Below, in pieces: positions 13,710-23,625 of a stretch of DNA of 64,000 bases. A program made the position numbers and the translations under genes. This stretch comes from Octopus sinensis (taxonomy: Eukaryota), in NCBI RefSeq assembly GCF_006345805.1, contig NC_043009.1, positions 14,694,001-14,758,000 of the forward strand. Direction: 5' to 3'. Below the pieces are notes generated by a model. It was not told the DNA's origin. It saw only the letters and a program-made list of their open reading frames with translations, and did not search any database. Position 1 is the first letter of the stretch, and each line of letters begins with the position of its first letter.

Positions 13710-14659
13710 TATATTATCCTAATTACTTTTAGGGCTTCTCTGAAAGCTGAAAATCTATTTTACGACTAAAAGGACGACTGTAATCAAATTTAAGCAATCT
13801 ATTTTCATAGCGTGACCAAAACAGATATGTAAAACTATATTGCTGGAAATCAATTGGAATTTATTGAAATAAATTACAAGCCAAATGATAAATGATATTA
13901 TTTATTAAAGAATTATTCCGATTAGTTTACAAAATATATAAACAAATAAGACTTCGTAAACTTTTGGCATACTTTTAAACATTTCACTGTTAGCGTTATT
14001 GTATTCAAAATTATATTGTTGAATTTTCGTGCTTTCTACATCAAATTTCTTGTCTCTGTATAATAGACAACTTTCATTCAGAAACACACACACACTCACA
14101 CACTCACACATAATCTCATACACACACACACACACACACAGAGGGAGGCTCATACACACACCCACGTATATCAACTCTCATACACATATATACACACACG
14201 CATCTATATATGCATACATTGTTCTGTAAATAATAATTGTAAACTTCAAATTTAGAATTATTATTTACAGAATGATGTTCAATCGTCACCGTTTCTCTAT
14301 TTAATGCAAAACATGCCTATTTACTTGAAGCTTTGTGGCCACGTTGGATGCGTCTATCTTATAAGATATCAGGAGTGGAGTAAAGCATTTCAAACAAATC
14401 CGTGATACATGAAAAGTGAGACGCGGGGAGAGAAAGAGGGGCGGAAAGAGAGAGTGAAATGGAGGGAGAGAAAGAGAAAAAAGTAATATTGTAAAATTAC
14501 TGTGGGGATTGGAGTAACCAACATTATGGTCTGAATCCTTCTTCGGAGCAAAATTAGCAGGGATTGAAATAAGATAGAGAAGCGAGATTGTTTGAATAAC
14601 TAGCTGTTAAATGATAAGAAATGCAAATAAATTCTAGCTTCATATGTAGACAGGAAGTG

Positions 14660-14762
14660 GAGGCGCGTGGCTTAGTGGTTAGGGTGTCAGCACTATGATC
14701 GTAAAATTGCGGTTTCGATTCCTGGACCGGGCGACGCGTTGTGTTCTTGAGCAAAACACTTC
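14660..14762 (+). mobile_element. tRNA-derived SINE head (truncated)
   Basis: GGAGGCGCGTGGCTTAGTGG (A box) ... TTCGATTCC (B box) ... GTTGTGTTCTTGAGCAAAACAC, as at 62059. Confidence 0.8.
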
Positions 14763-15809
14763 TTGCAGAGTTTATCAGAAAACAGTTGAAAGGAGGGAAA
14801 TAAGACAAACTTGAATTATTTTGTATCGTCTTGGTTTTAGAAACTTGATTACAAATGAAATGACCTCTGTAATTAACTTCTGCTTTCATCTATATATTGC
14901 GTGATTCCACTTATTCTAGGAAACGGAAGGAACAAAGTTCCATTTCCAAATTTGGAAATATATCACTGTTTAAGGGAATATTTTTTCTTTTGCCATTAGG
15001 TCATCGTTTATTTAAACTTATGAAATTTTTTCTGCTTTATAGAATAATGAAGACACTATTATTTTTATGTTCTGGCATTAACTAATGGGATTTGTTATAT
15101 ATTTTCAGTAATTTTCATGATGTATCTGCATGGCTACAAATATTTTTCTTGTAATTGTGTATGCATACTTTGCAGTGGAGATTATCGAATGCAGTATTTA
15201 CAAGCGGAGTAAAGTTCGGATTTGTAAAAGCCATAAATTATTTAAACAATTTCTCTGAAATATTTTATTTATTTTACAATTAAGAGCATTATGTCCTAAT
15301 TTCAGTTTCCCCCAAATATTTAGATTTAGTATAATAGCAGAGTTACCATATGGCATGCTCAATGCAAGTTATTATAACAAGGAAATGACTGGAAATCTGT
15401 GCATTAAGTAACTATGATGAAAAAGTAATATAAGAAAAGAGAATTGATACGTTGATCTATACGAACGGAGTACGTTGTTTGGAAACAGTCGCTCATAAAC
15501 AAATTTACCAACCGAGGTATACACTCACTAATCCATTCTATATCAATAGCTACAGCAAAAAGATCAGAAGGCTAGGAATTCAACTTTGTTTTCTTTTCCA
15601 GCACAAAGAGATTAAAAGAGGCAAGTATTCGATAGGTTTTAGCTGGAAATAATATATATAGTGGTAGTAACCTGCAAAGCGATTAATTCTAAACGGAGTA
15701 TTCAATTTATTTTCTTTGTGAAAAGTGTCAAACTATTTTATTGAGATTAGTATATTATATGATATATCAAAGTGCGCATACACTGTATATAATTCTGATA
15801 AAGAAAATT

Positions 15810-16305
15810 ATCTTCTACTCAAGGCCCGAAAATTTGAGGGAGGGTGCCAGTCTATTTGATCGACCTCAGACGCAACTGGAACTTAATTTATCGCTCCCGA
15901 AAAGATGAAAGGCAAAGTCGACCTCAGAGGAATTAGAACTCAGAACGTAAAGACAGACGAAAAACCTATTTCTTTATTACCCACAAGGGGCTAAACACAG
16001 AAAGGACACACAACCGGATTAAATCGATTATATTGAGCCCAGAGCTTAACTGGTACTTATTTAATCGACCCCGAAATGCTTAGTAGCATTTCGCCTGCCG
16101 CTACGTTCTGAGTTCAAATTCCGCCGAGGTCGACTTTGCCTTTCATCCTTTCTGGGTCGATTAAATAAGTACCAGTTACGCACTGGGGTCGATGTAATCG
16201 ACTTAATCCGTTTGTCTGTCCTTGTTTGTCCCCTCTATGTTTAGCCCCTTGTGGGTAGTAAAGAAATAGGTATTTCCTGTGTTTTTACGTTCTGAATTCA
16301 AATTC
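15810..16305. mobile_element. Back-to-back inverted pair of Meta-domain SINEs
   Basis: About 15810-16075 is a minus-strand copy, about 16073-16305 a plus-strand copy of the same family; shared segments are complementary. Confidence 0.85.
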
Positions 16306-17218
16306 GCATATTTCTTTGTCATGATTTTCTAGAGACAAGTTTGCCAATCAATTTAGAAGCCTAAAACCACTTAGGACAAACCAACAAACAAGATATCACT
16401 TTTGGCTGTAAATATCATTTCGACATTAAATAACCCACCTAAAGTCATTGAGTATCGATTAAAAAACACAACTATCATTGAACAATATCATATTGATATT
16501 TGAAATTATTAATATTATACGTTAAATATATTATTTTTTCTACAAATAAATATTATATTATTTTATTTACTGTCAGTTATCGTGTATGAACATATAATTT
16601 TAAGCATACATCAGCATCGCTAGTGAGCCAACATTACATCAGTAAAAAAATAATTACACCACTTACTATAATCCGTCGGAAGGAAGGATTAAGCGCATTT
16701 TTAAGCCAGAAGACTCTTTCTGAAACATTGAGTTCTAGTGCAAATACAACTGTTTTCCAAAACCTTGTACGAACAAGAACTACCAAAAATATGTATGTAG
16801 GATCTTTCCATGAAGCCTCTTCCGAGTGGCTTGAAGAATACTACAGCAAGGCAACATTGCGTAGCAGGGTGGAGCGAAAAACGTTACTTTAAGAAACTAT
16901 TTTTGATTGCAAAATCCTTTAGAAACAACTGTGAAGCTCTTAAATTTACATCTTCAGACTCCGCAGATCACTTGAAATTTTGAATAATTAGCGAAAAATC
17001 AATTTATAATACGTTCGCTGGTATTCATTTTAGATTTCACATTCGTTGTTACGCATCGATTTCTTTTTGCGGGAGTGACTAAAAGGAAGTGTGTTAAAAT
17101 CTCAAACTCTAAAATTTATATCTTCACACTCCGCAGCGCACTTGACATTTCGAAATTATATGAAATAGACTTTTCGACTTTATTTTCTTAGTCATTTTCA
17201 ATAATAGTTCACCGAATA

Positions 17219-17625
17219 TACCCCGTCAGCAAAACCATATCGAGCTGATATCAAGACGATTTTGGTACATATTCGGCACCACATTGGAAATTGTGTCGGC
17301 CTGATTTCGGCCCGATCTCACTTTGCAATCACGGCGCAACATCAGGCCGACATTTTGCCCGATGGTTGGCAGATATGAACTTCAGGTTCATCAGATGGGA
17401 GAATTTGGTCTCTTACATCGGGTTGACATTGGCCCAATGATATAATCATATCAAAGTGACATCGGTCCGATACAAAATCGAGGTTGGTCAGATGTATGGT
17501 TGTTCAACTTGAGAAATTTCAATATTGGCCTGAGCAGATTTTGCCAAATGCCTAATCTGGCTCTAAAATTCATTAATTAAACATACATTAATTAAACATT
17601 CACACCGGTTCGACATCGGCCACAC
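17219..17625. repeat. Array of degenerate ~11-bp palindromic motifs (ATCGGNCCGAT), probably a DNA-transposon subterminal region
   Basis: e.g. GTCGGCCTGAT/TTCGGCCCGAT near 17296-17316, ATCAGGCCGAC 17341, ATCGGGTTGAC/ATTGGCCCAAT 17417-17438, ATCGGTCCGAT 17461. Confidence 0.6.
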
Positions 17626-18224
17626 TTTATGTTCTCCAAGGCATCGCACCAATTCCCTGGCATGAATTGCTCTGATTCCAGCCTCGCCCACGCAGCGTTT
17701 GAAAATAAAAATGTAATATTGTTTCAATTTTCAGCCAATGAGGACCACCCACTGCTAAAGAGAAACAATATTAAGTTTATTTTGAAGATGTACGTGTATG
17801 AGCATCAGTTTACATGGCATGTGTATCGGAATATCTGAAAAATCATGTAGAAACTGCCAGAAAGAAATTAAGAAATGAAACACTCATTTTCCTTTGCAAA
17901 CATTATTTATTTTATAAACTATAACTTTGAAAAATGGCTACTTACAACAGTAAATCACAACATATAAAAGTTAATAAAAATGAAGACAAAATATAATGAC
18001 CAATAAACGCTGTAAACCTAAGATATTTGATTGGTGTTAAGGTCACTTATACAGCTGTGGCTGTTTGTGACAAAGCTCAACAATCATTCATATCTGCACG
18101 TAAAAAACTGGTAAATAAAGAGTAACGGCATTCATTTTAGGGTTCGATTTTATGACTCGGAATTTGGAAGATTTGTTAAAAATATATGTGTTAAAAATAA
18201 ATATACATATATATAAATATATAT

Positions 18225-18269
<45 letters not shown>

Positions 18270-18651
18270 TATATATGTAGAAATAGGAAAAACACATTAA
18301 ATGTGAAAGATATCATCAATAAAATTGTATTTGAAACCACAGATGGGAGTATTACTTACTAACCTTATGAATGAGTAATTTGAATGGAAGACATAACTAT
18401 GTAATGGAAGCTGTTCAGCCTACTCTTTCATGTGCGTCACTAAAATGGATTAGCTTTAAAAAATTGAGGTAACCCTAAATGGATTATATTAATTTTCAAT
18501 TTGGGCAAACTCGAGATTCATTGTCAAGAGCAGACTTGTCCAAATTTGATTTTCTCTCCTCCTTCGGCTACCATTTCTGTTACTGGTAATCCGAAACCAT
18601 TCTCGAGTCACTAACTCAACCTCTGCTACTGTTATAACCGAATCGGGAATC

Positions 18652-18704
18652 TCTCTCACTGGACGTCTAATTTCGCGTATTTTCGTAAAACTCATCAGTG
18701 AGAG
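18652..18704 (-). ncRNA. Degenerate type I hammerhead ribozyme motif (minus strand)
   Basis: Minus strand CTCTCA-CTGATGA-G-TTTTA-CGAAAA-TACGC-GAAA-TTAGACGTCCAG-TG-AGAGAG; core boxes intact, stem II 5' strand and cleavage site mutated. Confidence 0.6.
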
Positions 18705-18754
18705 CCGCCCAGTCGGCTGGTGCTGGAATTAGCCGTTGCCAGCTGATTAGGCGG

Positions 18755-18808
18755 TTCTCACTGACGAAGCGTACGGATATATGCGAAACTAGACGTCTAG
18801 TCTAACAG
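18755..18808 (+). ncRNA. Type I hammerhead ribozyme motif (plus strand)
   Basis: CTGACGA (18761-67), stem II GCGTA/TATGC, GAAA (18785-88), perfect palindromic stem III ACTAGACGTCTAGT, GUC cleavage triplet ending 18802; stem I partly decayed (TTCTCA/TAACAG). Confidence 0.8.
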
Positions 18809-18946
18809 ATTATCGATACGGTTTCTCACTTTGTGAACCTATGAGTAAACATTTGTATTTTCCTACAGTACCAGATGTATTTTAATACTACTTGTGGCTA
18901 TGTAGGTGCCTAACCTCAAGATTCCGGGTTCGATTCCAGGCAGTGA

Positions 18947-18977
<31 letters not shown>

Positions 18978-19609
18978 CAGAATATGTGGAGATGGACAAG
19001 AAACAATAAATCATATTATCTCTAGCTGCCCAGTCCTGGCTAAGAAGGAATATATTCACAGACATGACAGAGTTGGAACCTACATAGATTGGTATAAAAA
19101 GATGGTATAGGCACACACCAGAAAAGGTCACAGAAAACGAGAAAGCAACCATACTCTGGGATATGCCGATACACACAGATAGAGAAATTAAGGCCAACAG
19201 ACTAGATATAGTTGTCAGAGATCATGAAGAAAAAAATGCTTTCTAATTGATGTATCAATACCGGCAGATGACAACGTGTCTCTAAAAGAAATGGAGAAAC
19301 TCTCAAAATACAAAGACCTGGAAATAGAGGTAACTAGAATGTGGAATCTGAAAACAGAAACAATTCCTATCATAGTAGGCGCATTAGGCATGATAAAAAA
19401 ATATTCAGACAAGTACATAACAAAAACACCAGGACTTACAAACACATATAACATACAGAAAATTGCACTACTAGGCACTGCACACATCCTACGCAGAACA
19501 CTTTCCATACAATAACCATCAGAGCATCATAACAAATCACAGCACATACCCAAGGCACACAGAGCTGCGCTCGGTAGTGAAGTGAAAGCACGCTATAAAA
19601 ATAAAACTA

Positions 19610-19612
<3 letters not shown>
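18978..19612 (+). mobile_element. 5'-truncated RLE-type non-LTR retrotransposon (R4/Dong-like)
   Basis: End of CCHC knuckle (ICGDGQETINHIISSC), ILWDMPIHTDREIKANRLDIVV, LIDVSIP, ORF 19276-19515 KYKDLEIEVTRMWNLKTETIPIIVGALG...GTAHILRRTLSIQ; (AAT)n at 18951-18977 and 19613-19703. Confidence 0.9.
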
Positions 19613-19686
<74 letters not shown>

Positions 19687-19759
19687 CAATAATAATAATA
19701 ATAACAGCAACATCGAAAAATACCTTAGGAATGAGAAACCAGGTCCAAAATTTCCCCGA

Positions 19760-19805
19760 AACACCTGATGAAGGCTGGAGAGCATATCAATCGAAAACTT
19801 GTGTT
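19760..19805 (+). ncRNA. Degenerate minimal type I hammerhead motif
   Basis: AACAC-CTGATGA-A-GGCTG-loop-CAATC-GAAAAC-TT-GTGTT: 5-bp stem I, core box, imperfect stem II, vestigial stem III. Confidence 0.55.
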
Positions 19806-19899
19806 AACAACAAACAAGATGAGGACAAATATCCGTCAAATGTAAATAATTTACATAATTCCTCATCTCTTAAATATTGAACTGTATATATATATATCA

Positions 19900-20145
19900 C
19901 TATCATTATCGCACCTTACTGTAGTGATCAGATGTTGCTACACATCGCTGGTCACAATGCGCTTCGCATTGTTTTAACTGTCAAATGACGCGAACAGGCC
20001 AACAGAAGAGTGAGAGAAAGTTGTGGCGAAAGAGTACAGAAGGGGTCGCCACTCTGCCGGAGCCACCTGGAGCTCTAGGTGTTTTCGCTCAATAAACAGA
20101 CAACGCGAGTCCGCTGCCCTAACCTCTGGGCCATTGCGCCTCCAC
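19900..20145 (-). mobile_element. tRNA-derived SINE, internally deleted
   Basis: GGAGGCGCAATGGCCCAGAGGTTAGGGCAGCGGACTCGCG head, homologous to 12800-13148. Confidence 0.75.
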
Positions 20146-20149
20146 ACAC

Positions 20150-20728
<579 letters not shown>

Positions 20729-20833
20729 AGTATAAGTTTTACCTTTAAAGGCATTTTTTGATATGCTGGCCATTGATAAAATTTTTTCCGGAAAAAAACT
20801 TTATCCTATATCAATTATGAATAGAATAGTGTT

Positions 20834-21980
20834 TCACTTCCGGATTCTATCACTCTGTGAAAGTTTCTTCTTTGAACCACACGTGTTTGCTGTAGGTTGC
20901 TGATTGTCTATTGTTGAATTGTTGTTGAACGTTTTGTTGTGCAGTTTTTGGTTTTTGGTGTTTTTCTGTCTGCGTTGAGACGGACAAGGAGAGGATGGAC
21001 TGCTCCTCCCTAACGGGGTGGGGATGGTCGGACGGGGATTGTTTGAAAGTTTATCGGAGTTGTCGACTTCCGAAGAGGAGCTGGAAAGGGCAGTGAGGAA
21101 GATGGATGAAGGGCTTGGTGGTGCGTATGCGGGAGTGGCGAGGAGGTTGGGAGAAAAAGAGGTAGACCTGGTCAAGTTGCCAGGCTTTCAGGAATTTATA
21201 GAAAAGGAAGGCGGCGAAGCCGAATTCTCACCACCAATAAAGCGTGGTGAGTGGTTCGATCGCAGGACAATCAAGTACAGAGTATATGCAAATGGAAACA
21301 AAAGAATAGAAATAGTCAGCATGGAATTCATTGAAGAAGCGTTGAAAAGAACAGAGGAAGAAATTATTTATTTGACAAGAGGCATGGAATTTGACACGGT
21401 GATGAATTTAGGAGCGAAAACGTAGCAAGAAAAATGGCAGCCAAAGCAGTGAAAATAGAGAAGGTATTCCTTCTACCCTCATATTTGAACAGGAAAACCA
21501 CTCGAATCAGGGTGGAGGGAATACCCACACATATAGAAGGCGAATAGATAGCGGCAGCGGTAATCAAAGGATGTGAAGAAGAGGTGGAAATCCTCCATGC
21601 TACCATAAAATATGAAGGCTGGAGGGGTGCTACCCTAGATATGAACGTGCAAGCGGAGGCCGAAACGCTGGAAAGGCTAACTGAAAACATAAGAATGAGA
21701 AATATCATCATGAGAGTGTGGGTGGAGGGCAGAGCCCCGCGCTGTTACAAGAGTGGCCTGAGAGGTCACATAAGAGCTAACTGCCCTCCCCCACCAAAGG
21801 AAATTGTTATGGAACCCCAAAGAGAGGAAGAGAATAAAGAAGAACGGAATCCAGTGGAGAAGGAAACAACAGAAGAGGAGGCCCAGAACGAATGGGAAGA
21901 AGAAAGAAAAATAAGAAAGAGAAGAAGGCGAAAGTTAGACAGTACTGAACCCCAATCCACCCCAACACCACCCGACCCCC
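20834..21980 (+). mobile_element. Tx1/L1-like LINE 5' UTR and gag-like ORF1 (disrupted)
   Basis: ORFs 21018-21425 and 21584-22006 with intervening frameshifted FLLPSYLNRKTTRIRVEGIP; CCHC-type knuckle CYKSGLRGHIRANC; acidic then basic C-terminal tract; homologous to 34732-35238. Confidence 0.7.
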
Positions 21981-23395
21981 TGAGTATTTCGGCTAGTTTT
22001 CCTTAAGCTTTGTATATCTATTTCCCTATCTCTTTTGATGCCTTCATTTACTAATGAGATTGGGTAGTGTCTTCTAGTTAGTGTAGATCTAAGTTCAAGG
22101 AGTCTAAGTCCACGAGTGTATGTATCGGAAACTATGGTGCAGATTCTCTTTGGGGTGGCAGGAGTCAAATAATAGGTATTGTTTAGAATCTGTGGGTTTA
22201 TAAAAGATCTCTGTTTCTATGTGGTTGTTAACTATTCTAATTAAGATGTCTAGAAAAGGTAGTTGCTTACTGTTGTGTTCCATAGTGAATTGTATATTGC
22301 TGTGTATGCTGTTGAGCATTCTTTTGAAATCAAGGAGTTGGTCCATTCTATCTTGCCAAAGTATGAAGCAATCATCTAAATATCTCTTCCAGTTTTCCTT
22401 TAAGTAGCAATTGAAAGAGGCGCCATATTTTTTTCTAGTGATGATTGGTATAACTTAAGTTCGTGGTAACCCATTACGAGGTTTGCAATCACTGGAGCAG
22501 CTCTGGTCCCCATTGCAATTCCGCATTTCTATCATTAGTAAGTAGTATCGAACAAGAAATGATTGTTCAACAGAACGAATTTCAGTGCTTCACTTATAAT
22601 ATTGTGGTTACTTCGACCTGGAATCTCTTCTGGGTATTTTTCTAGCCAAAATGTGATTGCTTCTATACCATAGTCGTGTGGGATATTAGTGTATAGATTC
22701 ACTACATCGAAAAACACAAGTAGAGTTCCGTCCTTTACTGTCTTCGGGGGGTGGTTCAGCATGTCTAGGTCATCCCTGATATAACTTTCCACATATTTTA
22801 AAAAAGGTTTGAGTAATGTCAAAGAAGTAACTCAAACGGTGGGTTTCGCTAGAAGGGCCAGCTACGATGGGTCTGAGTTTGAGGTCAGTAGGTGGAGGGA
22901 CATTAATGCATAGGCTTGTAGAGACTTTGCAAGCTTCACAAATGAGTGGATTTTTATGTATCTTGGGTAATCCGTAGAATAGACTAGGACTGTATTTAAA
23001 ATTGGATAGATAGTCAATTTCATGTGTTGTAAGACCCTTTCCATGAATTTGGAGTAAGGAGGATAAGTTCTTTAGTGTTTTCTGTGGGTTGTAATATGTT
23101 GGGTTTTCATAGTAAGTATTATTTTCCAACATGGAAAGTATTACATGTTCGTAGTACTCTGTATCCATCAATAATACCGCACTTCCTTTCTCGGCTTCTT
23201 TAATAGTGAGGTTTATGTCATTTTTTAGCTCGACCAGGTCTTTCCATTCATTTAAATTTAGGTTGGATTTGATATATTGTTTTGGAATGGTATTGTAAGG
23301 AAAACAAGTTATGTGATCAGAGAAAACATCAAGTGCGTTATTTCTACCTTTTTTAGAATGGTACTCACTTTTGTTTATTTCACTATTGAGTCATC

Positions 23396-23400
<5 letters not shown>
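21980..23400 (-). mobile_element. Penelope-like element RT fragment (frameshifted)
   Basis: KEAEKGSAVIMMD, FYGLPKIHK, LRPIVAGPSSETHRLS, FDVVNLYTNIPH, GIAMGTRAAPVIANL, WKRYLDDCFILW, NIQFTMEH..QLPFLDILI, FYKPTDSKQYLLFDSCHP. Confidence 0.92.
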
Positions 23401-23485
<85 letters not shown>

Positions 23486-23537
23486 CGACAGTAGTTCAAA
23501 TGCTTCGAAATGACACGGAAAACATTAGTCATGTATG

Positions 23538-23625
<88 letters not shown>

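Larger units (their letters stand above)
18890..19885 (+). mobile_element. Non-autonomous element with tRNA-like B box and minimal hammerhead, interrupted by an R4/Dong insertion
   Basis: GGTTCGATTCC at 18927-37, (AAT)n, the insertion, (AAT)n, then hammerhead-like motif at 19760-19805 and an AGATGAGGA/TCCTCATCT hairpin near 19817-19869. Confidence 0.55.

Noticed and set aside
17219-17625. CRISPR-like interpretation of the repeat-spacer pattern
   Set aside because: Repeats are 11 bp, degenerate and irregularly spaced; eukaryotic context; no cas genes.
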